DNA from: Burkholderiales bacterium
Lineage (GTDB): Bacteria > Pseudomonadota > Gammaproteobacteria > Burkholderiales > SG8-39
Assembly: GCA_035689325.1 (NCBI GenBank)
Contig: DASSLQ010000194.1
Coordinates: forward strand, 499 to 64,498
Length of the DNA stretch: 64,000 nucleotides
Direction: 5' to 3'
The position numbers and the translations under genes are program-made. The notes under the pieces are model-generated. The model saw only the letters and a program-made list of their open reading frames with translations. It ran no database searches and was not told the DNA's origin. Shown here piece by piece: positions 8,995 through 18,352 of this stretch (position 1 is the stretch's first letter; each line of letters starts with the position of its first letter).

Positions 8995-9771
8995 TTGCCA
9001 AGTACCGTTGGAATGGCCCGCGGCAATGAACTCGCGGGCAAAGTGGCGCTGGTCACCGGCGGCGCTCGCAACATCGGCCGTGCCATCGCGCGCTCGCTTG
9101 CCGCGGGCGGCGCGGCGGTGATGGTCAACGCGCGCACCTCGCGCACGCAGGCGGAGGAGACCGTGTCGATGATCGAGGAGGCGGGCGGCAAGGCGGCGCT
9201 GCACATCGCCGACGTCACCGACCCGGCGCAGGTACGCACGCTGGTAGATGCAACGCTCCAGCGCTTCGGTCGCCTGGACATGCTGGTCAACAACGCCGCG
9301 GTACGCGCCGAGACGCCGTTCGAATCGATGGCACTCGACGAATGGCGGCGCGTGCTCGCCAGCATCCTCGATGCGGCGTTCCTGTGCAGCCAGGCCTGCC
9401 TGCCGCCTCTCGCGCAATCTGGCGCCGGCGCGATCGTCAACATCGGCGGGCTGACGGGTCATCGCGGCGCGACCGGCCGCGCGCACGTGATCGCGGCAAA
9501 GGCCGGGCTCGCGGGGCTAACTAAGGCGCTGGCGCTCGATCTCGCGCCGCAGGGCATCACGGTGAATTGTGTGGTGCCCGGCACGATCGAAAGCGAGCGC
9601 GGCCTGCCCGGCGTGCCCGAGCGACCGGCAAGCCGGCGCGCGCCGCCGCCGATCGGCCGGCGCGGCGAGCCGGAGGAGATCGCGGCGATGGTGCGCATGC
9701 TGTGCGGGCCCGACGCGCGCTACATCACCGGCCAGGCGATCCACGTGAACGGCGGCGGATACATGCCGTGA
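8995..9771 (+). CDS. SDR-family (FabG-like) protein with a non-canonical active site
   Basis: GGAGGAGGAGG lies upstream. The Rossmann motif VTGGARNIG and NNAA are present. The catalytic positions read IVNIGGLTG (Ser replaced by Gly) and AHVIAAKAG (Tyr replaced by Val). The start could be TTG 8995 or ATG 9013. Confidence 0.8.
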   Translation: MPSTVGMARGNELAGKVALVTGGARNIGRAIARSLAAGGAAVMVNARTSRTQAEETVSMIEEAGGKAALHIADVTDPAQVRTLVDATLQRFGRLDMLVNNAAVRAETPFESMALDEWRRVLASILDAAFLCSQACLPPLAQSGAGAIVNIGGLTGHRGATGRAHVIAAKAGLAGLTKALALDLAPQGITVNCVVPGTIESERGLPGVPERPASRRAPPPIGRRGEPEEIAAMVRMLCGPDARYITGQAIHVNGGGYMP

Positions 9772-9785
9772 CCGTGTCAGCGGTG

Positions 9786-11132
9786 ATGCAGCGCCTCGCG
9801 ACCTACATCGCGCAGACGCCGAAGAAGCAGCTGCCACCCTCGGTGGCAGAGAAGACCAAGCACCACGTGCTCGATACCGTCGCCGCGATGGTGTCCGGCT
9901 CACGGCTGCGGCCGGGGCGCAAGGCCATCGCATACGCCCGCACGCGCGGCGGGACCAAAGAGGCTGGCGTCGTCGCGACGAGCATCCTCACTACGGCCGA
10001 GAACGCCGCGCTCGCGAACGGCATGCTCGCGCATGCGGACGAGACCGACGACTCGCACGCGCCCTCGCTTACGCACCCGGGTTGCGGCATCGTGCCCGCC
10101 GCTCTCGCCATGGCCGAGCGCGAAGGCGCGAGCGGCGAAGCCGTGCTGCGCGCCGTTGCGCTCGGCTACGACGTGGGCTGCCGTCTCACCATGGCGCTCG
10201 ACGCTTACCAGTTTCGCGAGGACGGTCACTCGACGCACAGCTTTGGCCCGATGTTCGGCGCGGCTGGCGCCGCGGCGGTGATTGCACGCTTCAATGAGCG
10301 GCAGGTGCGCCACTGTCTTTCGTATACGGCGCAGCAGGCCGCCGGCATTTCATGCTGGATGCGCGACGAGGAGCACATCGAGAAGGCGTTCGACTTCGGC
10401 GGCATGCCGGCGCGCAACGGCGTCGCCGCCGTGACCATGGTCGGGCATGGCTTCACCGGCGTGGAAGACGCGTTCTCCGGCGAGCGCAGCTTCTTCGTCG
10501 CCTATGGGCGCAAGGCCGAGCCGGAGCGGCTCATCGACGGCCTCGGCGAGCGCTACGAGGTCATGAACACGAACATCAAGCGCTGGTCGGTCGGCTCGCC
10601 GATCCAGGCGCCGCTCGATGCCCTGGACGTGCTGATGCGCGAGCATCGCGTAGCGGCGGACCTTGTAGAGCAGGTCATCGTGCGCGTGGCGCATCAGGGT
10701 GCGAACACCACCGACAACCGCGCGATGCCCGACATCTGCATGCAGCACCTGTGCGCCGTGATGCTGCTTGACGGCACGGTCAGCTTCAAGGCCGCGCATG
10801 ACGAGAAGCGCATGCGCCACCCGAAGGTGCTCGCGCTGCGCAAGAAGGTGGAGTTGCGCGGCGACGACGAGCTCACCAGGGCGATGCCGAGCCGCCAGGG
10901 CATCGTCGAGCTCGTTCTGCGCGATGGAACGACGCTGCGCCATCACATGAAAGCGGTCCGCGGCACGGCCGAGAATCCGATGACGCGCGACGAAGTCGAC
11001 GCGAAAGCTTACGATCTCATCGCGCCGGTTTTCGGCCCCGCGCGCGCGCGTCGGCTCTGCGATGCCGTCTGGCGCCTGGACAAGATCGGCAATGTTGCAG
11101 AATTGAGAACCCTGCTAAAGGAGAAGCGATGA
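9786..11132 (+). CDS. MmgE/PrpD-family protein (2-methylcitrate dehydratase / cis-aconitate decarboxylase superfamily)
   Basis: This is the C-terminal ~448 aa of ORF 9567..11132 (MQRLATYIAQTPKKQLPPSVAEKTKHHVLDTVAAM...). An alternative GTG start at 9768 would overlap the SDR stop. Confidence 0.85.
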   Translation: MQRLATYIAQTPKKQLPPSVAEKTKHHVLDTVAAMVSGSRLRPGRKAIAYARTRGGTKEAGVVATSILTTAENAALANGMLAHADETDDSHAPSLTHPGCGIVPAALAMAEREGASGEAVLRAVALGYDVGCRLTMALDAYQFREDGHSTHSFGPMFGAAGAAAVIARFNERQVRHCLSYTAQQAAGISCWMRDEEHIEKAFDFGGMPARNGVAAVTMVGHGFTGVEDAFSGERSFFVAYGRKAEPERLIDGLGERYEVMNTNIKRWSVGSPIQAPLDALDVLMREHRVAADLVEQVIVRVAHQGANTTDNRAMPDICMQHLCAVMLLDGTVSFKAAHDEKRMRHPKVLALRKKVELRGDDELTRAMPSRQGIVELVLRDGTTLRHHMKAVRGTAENPMTRDEVDAKAYDLIAPVFGPARARRLCDAVWRLDKIGNVAELRTLLKEKR

Positions 11133-11578
11133 GCCGTATCGTGCATCTCGCGCTGAAGGTCGACGACCTCGAGCGCACCACCCAGTTCTATCGCGAAGTG
11201 TTCGGCTTCGCGGAGATGAGCACCGATCGCGTGCGCGACCATACGTCGCGGCACCTGAGCGACGGCACCATCGATCTTGCGCTGATCCAGTACGACGCCG
11301 GTACGCAGTCGGCCGAATCGCGCGCGTCGGGCGAAGGCCCGTGCATCCACCACTTCGCCGTCGAGGTCGCCAACCTGCCAGCGGCGGAGAAGCGCATCCG
11401 GGCGCTTGGCTGCGAGATCATCAGCGACCCCGGCGTCGTGCCGGTGAAGTTCCGCTCGCCCGGTGGCATCGTCTGCGAGATCGTGCCGGAGGGCCGCTAC
11501 AAGAAGCCGAAGGCCGCCAAGGCAAAGGCGGCCGCGAAGCGGCCGGCGAAAAAAGCCGCGCGCAAAAAGAACAAGTAA
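11129..11578 (+). CDS. VOC/glyoxalase-family protein with a Lys/Ala-rich C-terminal tail
   Basis: The product begins MSRIVHLALKVDDLERTTQFYREVFGF... and ends YKKPKAAKAKAAAKRPAKKAARKKNK. It has an ATGA overlap with the upstream gene. Confidence 0.8.
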   Translation: MSRIVHLALKVDDLERTTQFYREVFGFAEMSTDRVRDHTSRHLSDGTIDLALIQYDAGTQSAESRASGEGPCIHHFAVEVANLPAAEKRIRALGCEIISDPGVVPVKFRSPGGIVCEIVPEGRYKKPKAAKAKAAAKRPAKKAARKKNK

Positions 11579-12000
11579 TGCGCTGGCGTTCCCCGGACTT
11601 CTGGTCCGGGCTCGCGCTCGCGGCGCTGGGCGGCTATATCGTCGTCGCGGCGCGCGGCTGGGACTACCTTACGCCGGATGGCCCAGGGCCCGGCTTCTTC
11701 CCGATCTGGTATGGCATCGTGATGCTCGTGCTGTCGCTCGTGCTCGTCTTCACGAGCGAGAAGGGGCAGGTCGCTGATTGGCGCGGCGCGGCTCGCGCAT
11801 TCGCCGTGTGGGCGGCATTCGCGGCGTCGCTCGCGCTGATGAAGGCGCTGGGCTTCGCCATCAGCTTCGCCGCACTCACGTACTTCGTCGTCGCTGTCAT
11901 GTACCGGCGCCCGCCGCTCGTCGCGCTGGCGACGGCGGCAGCCATCGTCGGCGCCTTCTATCTCGTCTTTCCGCTCGCGCTCGGCGTGACGCTGCCCTGA
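11578..12000 (+). CDS. tctB: Tripartite tricarboxylate transporter small membrane subunit (TctB)
   Basis: ATG 11578 overlaps the upstream TAA (TAATG). The product is a 140-aa, four-helix membrane protein, MRWRSPDFWSGLALAALGGYIVV... Confidence 0.8.
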   Translation: MRWRSPDFWSGLALAALGGYIVVAARGWDYLTPDGPGPGFFPIWYGIVMLVLSLVLVFTSEKGQVADWRGAARAFAVWAAFAASLALMKALGFAISFAALTYFVVAVMYRRPPLVALATAAAIVGAFYLVFPLALGVTLP

Positions 12001-13514
12001 TGGATATCGCCGCCGGCCTGATGCACGGTTTCGCAGTGGCGCTCGCGCCGGCGAACCTGCTGTGGTGCTTCGTCGGCGTGCTCCTCGGGACCGTGGTCGG
12101 CATCCTGCCGGGGCTCGGGCCGCCGGCGACCATCGCGATGCTGCTGCCGCTCACGGCGCTGATGAATCCCGCGGGCGCGATCATCATGCTCGCCGGCATC
12201 TACTACGGCGCGAAGTACGGCGGCTCGACGACCTCGATCCTGCTCAATGTGCCGGGCGAGTCGGCTTCCGTCGTCACCTGCATTGACGGCTACCAACTCG
12301 CGCGCAAGGGGCGCGCCGGTGCCGCGCTTGGCATCGCCGCGATTGCATCCTTCATTGCGGGCACGTTCGGCGTCCTCGCGCTGATGCTGGTCGCGCCGCC
12401 GCTCGCACGGCTCGCGCTCGCCTTCAGCTCGCCCGAATACTTCGCGCTGATGGCGCTCGGCCTGGCGATGGTGGTGCTGCTCGCCGGCCGCTCGCTCGTC
12501 AAGGCGCTGCTCGCGATGCTCGTCGGCCTGTGGCTCGCCGGCATTGGCACCGACGCCTTTACCAGCACGTCGCGCTTCACCTTCGGACGCATGGAGCTCC
12601 TTTCCGGCATCGACTTCGTTGTGGTCGCGATCGGCGTGTTCGCCATCGGCGAGGTGCTCGCCAATATGGAAGCGCGCGAAGAGCCGCGGGCGCTGCCCGT
12701 GCCCAAGGGCTTGCGCAATTTGATGCCGACGATGCAGGACATGCGCGACTGCCGCTTCGCTTTCGCCAACGGCTCGATCATCGGCTTCCTGATCGGCGTG
12801 CTGCCCGGTGCGGGATCGACGATCGCGTCGTTCATCTCGTATGGCGTGGAGAAGGCGTTCTCGCGCCGGCGGCTGCAGTTCGGCACCGGCGTAATCGAGG
12901 GCGTCGCCGCGCCGGAAGGCGCGAACAATTCGGAGACGGGCGGCGCGCTCGTGCCGCTGCTCACGCTCGGCATCCCGGGCTCGGGCACCACCGCGATCCT
13001 GCTGGCGGCGCTCGTGCTCTGGGGATTCAAGCCCGGGCCGCTCTTCATCTCGGAGAACCCGAGCATGTTCTGGGGCCTGGTCGCGAGCATGTACATCGGC
13101 AATGTCATGCTGCTTGTGCTAAACCTGCCGCTCGTGCCGCTGTTCGCCCAGGTACTGCGCGCGCCGGTCTACGTGCTTTACCCGGTCATCATCGGCCTGT
13201 CGCTGGTCGGCGTGTACAGCGTGTCGGGCAGTCTGTTCGATCTCGGCCTGCTTGCGGGATTCGGCCTGCTCGGTTATGTGATGCGCAAGCTCGACTATCC
13301 GAGCGCGCCGCTCATCCTGGGCCTCGTACTCGGCGGCGCGATGGAGCGCGCGCTGCGCCAGTCGCTGATGATGTCGGAGGGCAGCCTGACGATCCTCGTC
13401 GCGCGACCGATCTCGGCGGCGATGCTGGCGTGCGCGGCTCTCCTCCTGCTGATTCCGTTTTTTGCCAGACTGAACGCCTGGCGCTTGCGAGCGATGGAGG
13501 AGGAGAACAAATGA
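12000..13514 (+). CDS. tctA: Tripartite tricarboxylate transporter large permease (TctA)
   Basis: ATG 12000 overlaps the tctB TGA. The 504-aa polytopic protein begins MDIAAGLMHGFAVALAPANLLWCFVGVLLGTVVGILPGLGP... Confidence 0.9.
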   Translation: MDIAAGLMHGFAVALAPANLLWCFVGVLLGTVVGILPGLGPPATIAMLLPLTALMNPAGAIIMLAGIYYGAKYGGSTTSILLNVPGESASVVTCIDGYQLARKGRAGAALGIAAIASFIAGTFGVLALMLVAPPLARLALAFSSPEYFALMALGLAMVVLLAGRSLVKALLAMLVGLWLAGIGTDAFTSTSRFTFGRMELLSGIDFVVVAIGVFAIGEVLANMEAREEPRALPVPKGLRNLMPTMQDMRDCRFAFANGSIIGFLIGVLPGAGSTIASFISYGVEKAFSRRRLQFGTGVIEGVAAPEGANNSETGGALVPLLTLGIPGSGTTAILLAALVLWGFKPGPLFISENPSMFWGLVASMYIGNVMLLVLNLPLVPLFAQVLRAPVYVLYPVIIGLSLVGVYSVSGSLFDLGLLAGFGLLGYVMRKLDYPSAPLILGLVLGGAMERALRQSLMMSEGSLTILVARPISAAMLACAALLLLIPFFARLNAWRLRAMEEENK

Positions 13515-14473
13515 AGACGATTTGCATGGCGCTCGCGGCGCTGGTCGCGGCGGCCCCACCCGCGTATGCGTTCAAGCCGACGCGGCCGATCGAAGTGATC
13601 GTGCACACGGGGCCGGGCGGCGGCAGCGACCTGCTCGCGCGCGCGGTGGCGACGATGATGGAGAAGGAGCGGCTGCTGCCGGTGCGCATGCAGGTCGTGA
13701 ACAAGACCGGCGGCGGCGGCGCGGTCGCGGCGGCCTATCTCGCGGAGAAGGCCAGTGACCAGAACACGATCGGCTTTTTCACCGGTGTATGGCTAACGGG
13801 GCCGCTCACCAGCGCCGAGGCCAAGGTGACGCTGCGCGATCTCACGCCGATCGCGCGTCTCGTGCTCGAGCCGGCGCTCATCGCCGTCAAGGCGGACGCA
13901 CCGTATAAGACGCTCGCCGACTTCATCGCCGCGGCGAAGGAGCATCCGGGGCAGCTCAAGCAATCGGGCGGCTCAGTGACGAGCCGCGACAACGTCGTGC
14001 GCCAGCTCCTGCAGAAGACGACGGGCGCGCGCTGGGCGTTCATCTCGTTTCCGGGCGGCGGCGAGCGCATCGCGGCGCTCCTTGGCGGCCACGTCAGCAT
14101 GATGGTGATCGAGCCGGCCGAGGCGGGCGAGCACATCCGCGCTGGCAACATGCGCGTGCTCGCCCAGGTTAGCGAAAGCCGGCTGGCGGGCTTTCCCGAC
14201 GTGCCGACGCTCAAGGAGGCAGGCTTCGACGTTCCGGCGGTGCCCCAGGTCCGCGGTGTCGTCGCGCCGCCGGGAATTCCGGCGGAGAACGTCGCCTACT
14301 GGGAGGACGTCTTCCGGCGCCTTACGCGCACGGCGTCATGGCGCAAGTTCCTTGCCGACAACCAGTTCGAGGACGGCTATCAGGACGCCGCGGAGCTGGC
14401 GAAGTTCTACGACCAATTCACCGACCGCATGCGCACGATCCTGCAGGAGGCGGGCATCAAGACCGTGCGCTGA
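13511..14473 (+). CDS. tctC: Tripartite tricarboxylate transporter substrate-binding protein (TctC/Bug family)
   Basis: It has an ATGA overlap with tctA and a signal peptide MKTICMALAALVAAAPPAYA. The Bug-family motifs GPGGGSDLLAR and GGGGAVAAAY are present. Confidence 0.9.
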   Translation: MKTICMALAALVAAAPPAYAFKPTRPIEVIVHTGPGGGSDLLARAVATMMEKERLLPVRMQVVNKTGGGGAVAAAYLAEKASDQNTIGFFTGVWLTGPLTSAEAKVTLRDLTPIARLVLEPALIAVKADAPYKTLADFIAAAKEHPGQLKQSGGSVTSRDNVVRQLLQKTTGARWAFISFPGGGERIAALLGGHVSMMVIEPAEAGEHIRAGNMRVLAQVSESRLAGFPDVPTLKEAGFDVPAVPQVRGVVAPPGIPAENVAYWEDVFRRLTRTASWRKFLADNQFEDGYQDAAELAKFYDQFTDRMRTILQEAGIKTVR

Positions 14474-14523
14474 GGTCGCCCGGCGGGGGTAAGATCGACC
14501 TCCACATTTCCTGAGGAGGAACG

Positions 14524-14988
14524 ATGGCGACGTATCGTTTCACCGTGGACGGCAAGCGCGTGTCGGTGGACGCGCAACCGGAGATGCCGCTCCTCTATGC
14601 GCTGCGCGACGATCTCGGGCTGCGCAATCCGCATTTCGGCTGCGGGCTCGCGCAATGCGGTGCCTGCACCGTGCACGTGAATGGCGAGGCGATGCGCTCC
14701 TGCGTGCTGCCGATGTCAGCGGTCGCCGGCAAGACGGTGACGACCATCGCCGGTCTCGGCACGCCCGAGAAGCCGCATCCGCTGCAGGCCGCTTATGTCG
14801 CCGAAGGCGTGCCGCAATGCGGCTACTGCATCAACGGCTGGGTGATGACCGCCGCCGCGGTGCTGAAGAAGAATCCGAAGGCGAGCGATGCGGAGATGCG
14901 CGATGCGCTCGCCGGCCTGAAATGCCGTTGCGGCACGCATGTCGCGATCATGCGCGCGATCAAGCGCGCCCAGACTCAGCTCGCATAG
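14524..14988 (+). CDS. [2Fe-2S]-binding small subunit of a molybdenum hydroxylase (IorA / aldehyde oxidase small-subunit type)
   Basis: GAGGAGG lies upstream. The Cys clusters are CGLAQCGACTV, CGYCINGW and CRCGTH. Confidence 0.9.
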   Translation: MATYRFTVDGKRVSVDAQPEMPLLYALRDDLGLRNPHFGCGLAQCGACTVHVNGEAMRSCVLPMSAVAGKTVTTIAGLGTPEKPHPLQAAYVAEGVPQCGYCINGWVMTAAAVLKKNPKASDAEMRDALAGLKCRCGTHVAIMRAIKRAQTQLA

Positions 14989-14996
14989 GAGGCGCC

Positions 14997-17204
14997 ATGG
15001 ACCGTCGCGAATTTCTCAAGACTTCCGGCGCGCTCGTCGTCTCGTTCTCGCTGCCGCCGATCGAGGCGCTCGCGCAGGGCGCGGGCAAGCCGGCGCTCGT
15101 GCCTACCGAGCTCGATTCCTGGATCGCCATCCTGCCCGATGGCCGCGTCAACGCCTTCTTCGGCAAGATGGACATGGGGCAGGGACTCGACGTCGCGGTG
15201 GCGCAGATCGTCGCCGAGGAGCTCGACGTCGGCTTCGACAAGGTCGAGGTGCTGATGGGCGACACGTCGACTTCGTGCAACCAGGGCGGCGCTTCCGGCA
15301 GCACCGGCACGTCGAACGGCGCGCGCTTGTTGCGCAAGGCGGCGGCCGAAGCGCGGCGCGTGCTGCTCGAGCGCGCGGCCGACAAGCTGGGTGCACCCGC
15401 GGCTGAGCTGCGGGTGGAGGATGGCACCGTCGTATCGCCGCGGGGCAAAACCACGTATGCCGAGCTGGTCGGCGGCCGCTACTTCCAGCACCAGGTGAAA
15501 TGGAACGAGAAGACCGGCAACCCGATGGACATCACGGTGCCGGCGAAGCCGAAGGCGCCGGCGGAATACAAGGTCGTCGGCAAGCCGCTGCCGCGCCGCG
15601 ACGTGGCGTGGAAGGTATACGGCACGGGCGAGTTCGTCACCGATGTGCGCGTGCCCGGCATGCTGCACGCGCGCGTCATCCGGCCGCCGCGCGCCGCGTG
15701 CAGCGTGCGCGGTGTCGACGAGAGCTCGATCAAGGGCATCCGCGGCGCGCGCGTGGTGCGCAAGAAGGATTTCATCGCCGTGGTGGCGCCGCGCGAGTGG
15801 GATGCGGTGCGCGCCGCGCGGCAGCTGAAAATCGATTGGCACTACGACCCGAAGGCTTTCCCGGCGATGGACAGCCTCCATCAGCACATTCGGGCGGCGA
15901 AGCCGGTGAAGCACGAAGAGCCCATGAAGCAGGGCGACGTCGAAGCAGCGCTGAAGGCTCCAGGCGCGCGCGTCATCGAAGCCGAATACGAGTGGCCGTT
16001 CCAGTCGCACGCCAGCATGGGACCGGCGTGCGCGCTCGCCGACGTCAAGGCCGACCGGTGCACGGTGTGGACCGGATCGCAGAAGCCGCACTTCACGCGC
16101 GACGGCGTGGCAAAGCTGCTCGACATGCCGCCCGAGAAGGTGCGCGCCATCTGGGTGCCGGGACCCGGCTCCTATGGGCGCAACGACTCGGGCGACGCCG
16201 CGCTCGACGCCGCCTTTCTCTCGCGCGCCGTGGGCAAGCCGGTGCGCGTGCAGGGCATGCGTGCTGATGGCACCGCGTGGGATCCAAAGGGCCCGGCAGC
16301 GGTGCACCACGCGCGCGCGGCGCTCGACGCGAGCGGCAAGGTGATCGCGTACGACTTCATGTCGAAGGGCTTCTCGCGCCAGCACATCGCGACCAACGAA
16401 TCCAATCCTGCCGACAGCCTCGTCGGCCAAGCGCTCGGGCTCGCGCCGAAGGGCAACCAGATCTACGGCTCGCCGGAGGAATCCTACGGCTTCGACAACA
16501 AGCGGCTCGCCTGGGAGACGATCGCGCCGCTCGTCGTCGACGGCTGCTCGCCGCTGCGCACATCGCACCTGCGCGATCCGGTCGGACCGGACATCCACTT
16601 CGGCTCGGAGCAGTTCATCGACGAGCTAGCGCACGCCGCCGGCGTTGACCCGGTCGAGTTCCGCCTGCGCTACCTCACCAATCCACGGCACCAGGCAGTG
16701 GTGAAAGCCGCTGCCGAGAAGGCGGGTTGGTCATCGCTCGGCAAAGGCAAAGGCATCGCTTTCGCCGATCGCAACGGAACTGCGGTGGCGGTCGTCGCCG
16801 AAGTCGAGGTCGACCGCAAGAGCGGGCGCATTTGGGCGAAGCGCTTTACGGTGGCGCACGATTGCGGGCTCATCATCAACCCGCTGACGCTGCGCCAGAC
16901 GATCGAAGGCAACGTCGTGCAGGGCCTTTCGCGCACGCTCTATGAGGAAGTGCGCTTCGCGCCGGATGCCGTGTCGAGCGTCGACTGGGCGAGCTATCCG
17001 ATCGTCGAGATGCCGGACGCGCCGGAGGCGATCGAGATCGTGCTGATCGACCGGCCGGAGATCGCGCCGAGCGGTGCGGGCGAACCCACCATCCGCGTCA
17101 TCCCGGCAGCGGTAGCGAACGCCTTCTTCAGCGCGACTGGCGTGCGGCTGCGCCGGGCGCCGCTCAACCCGGAGCGCGTGAAGGCGGCGCTGGCGAAGGC
17201 CTAA
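14997..17204 (+). CDS. Molybdopterin-binding large subunit of the same hydroxylase (IorB-like), Tat-exported
   Basis: AGGAGG lies upstream of ATG 14997. The product begins with a Tat signal, MDRREFLKTSGALVVSFSLPPIEALAQG. It is the C-terminal 735 aa of ORF 14655..17204. Confidence 0.9.
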   Translation: MDRREFLKTSGALVVSFSLPPIEALAQGAGKPALVPTELDSWIAILPDGRVNAFFGKMDMGQGLDVAVAQIVAEELDVGFDKVEVLMGDTSTSCNQGGASGSTGTSNGARLLRKAAAEARRVLLERAADKLGAPAAELRVEDGTVVSPRGKTTYAELVGGRYFQHQVKWNEKTGNPMDITVPAKPKAPAEYKVVGKPLPRRDVAWKVYGTGEFVTDVRVPGMLHARVIRPPRAACSVRGVDESSIKGIRGARVVRKKDFIAVVAPREWDAVRAARQLKIDWHYDPKAFPAMDSLHQHIRAAKPVKHEEPMKQGDVEAALKAPGARVIEAEYEWPFQSHASMGPACALADVKADRCTVWTGSQKPHFTRDGVAKLLDMPPEKVRAIWVPGPGSYGRNDSGDAALDAAFLSRAVGKPVRVQGMRADGTAWDPKGPAAVHHARAALDASGKVIAYDFMSKGFSRQHIATNESNPADSLVGQALGLAPKGNQIYGSPEESYGFDNKRLAWETIAPLVVDGCSPLRTSHLRDPVGPDIHFGSEQFIDELAHAAGVDPVEFRLRYLTNPRHQAVVKAAAEKAGWSSLGKGKGIAFADRNGTAVAVVAEVEVDRKSGRIWAKRFTVAHDCGLIINPLTLRQTIEGNVVQGLSRTLYEEVRFAPDAVSSVDWASYPIVEMPDAPEAIEIVLIDRPEIAPSGAGEPTIRVIPAAVANAFFSATGVRLRRAPLNPERVKAALAKA

Positions 17205-18352
17205 AAGGAGCGCGGCAGGCCGAGCACGTGCTCGGCGAGATAGGAGAGGATCAGGTTGGTGGAGATCGGCGCCACCAGGTAGAGCCGGTTCTCGCGGAAC
17301 TTGCGCTCGACGTCGTACTCGGCGGCGAAGCCGAAGCCGCCGTGCGTCTGCAGGCAGACGTTGGCCGCTTCCCACGAAGCCTTGGCGGCGAGGTGCTTCG
17401 CCATGTTGGCCTCGGCGCCGCAGGGCTGGTGCTGGTCGAATAGCGCGGCCGCCTTGTAGCGCATGAGATTGGCGGCTTCGATCTCCATATAGCTCTCGGC
17501 GATCGGGAACTGGATGCCCTGGTTCTCGCCGATCGGGCGGTCGAAGACGACGCGCTCGGTGGCGTACTTGGTGGCCTTCTCGATGAACCAGTAGCCGTCG
17601 CCGATGCATTCGGCCGAAATCAGGATGCGCTCGGCGTTCAGGCCGTCGAGGATGTAGCGGAAGCCTTTGCCTTCCTCGCCGAGCAGGTTCTCCGCCGGGA
17701 TCTCCAGGTTGTCGATGAACACCTGGTTTGTCTCGTGGTTCACCATGTTGCGGATCGGGCGCACGTCGAGCCCCTTGCTCTTCGTCTCGACCAGGAACAC
17801 CGACATGCCCTCGCTCTTGCGCTTGACCTCGCCGAGCGGGGTGGTGCGCGCGAGCAGGATCATGAGCTCCGAATGCTGCAGGCGCGAGGTCCAGACCTTC
17901 TGGCCGTTGACTACATAGCGGTCGCCTTTGCGCACCGCCACGGTCTTGATCTTCGTCGTGTCGGTGCCGGCGCCGGGCTCGGTTACGCCCATCGCCTGCA
18001 GGCGCAGTTCGCCGGTCGCGATCTTCGGCAGGTATTTGCGCTTCTGCGTCTCCGAGCCGTGCCGCAGCAGCGTGTTCATGTTGTACATCTGGCCGTGGCA
18101 GCAGCCGGCGTTGCCGCCTGAGCGGGTCACTTCCTCCATGATCACGGTGGCTTCGATGAGCGAAAGGCCCGAGCCCCCGTATTCCTCAGGGATCAGTGCC
18201 GACATCCATCCCGCCTTGGTGAGCGCGTCGACGAACGCTTCGGGATAAGCGCGCTTTTCGTCCACCTGCTGCCAGTAGGCGGAGTCGTACTGACTGCAAA
18301 GAGCGCGCACCGCGTCGCGCAGCTCCGGATGATTTTCGCGGCCGAGGTTCAT
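17201..18352 (-). CDS. Acyl-CoA dehydrogenase
   Basis: ATG 18352 starts MNLGRENHPELRDAVRALCSQYD... The 383-aa product includes GVTEPGAGTDTTKIKT. It has an ATGA overlap with the upstream gene. Confidence 0.9.
   Translation of the reverse strand: MNLGRENHPELRDAVRALCSQYDSAYWQQVDEKRAYPEAFVDALTKAGWMSALIPEEYGGSGLSLIEATVIMEEVTRSGGNAGCCHGQMYNMNTLLRHGSETQKRKYLPKIATGELRLQAMGVTEPGAGTDTTKIKTVAVRKGDRYVVNGQKVWTSRLQHSELMILLARTTPLGEVKRKSEGMSVFLVETKSKGLDVRPIRNMVNHETNQVFIDNLEIPAENLLGEEGKGFRYILDGLNAERILISAECIGDGYWFIEKATKYATERVVFDRPIGENQGIQFPIAESYMEIEAANLMRYKAAALFDQHQPCGAEANMAKHLAAKASWEAANVCLQTHGGFGFAAEYDVERKFRENRLYLVAPISTNLILSYLAEHVLGLPRSF

Noticed and set aside
11497-11578. The Lys/Ala-rich stretch as a separate small histone-like gene
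   Set aside because: It is in frame with, and contiguous to, the VOC domain. It has no internal start or Shine-Dalgarno sequence, and it ends at the stop that overlaps tctB. It is a tail, not a gene.
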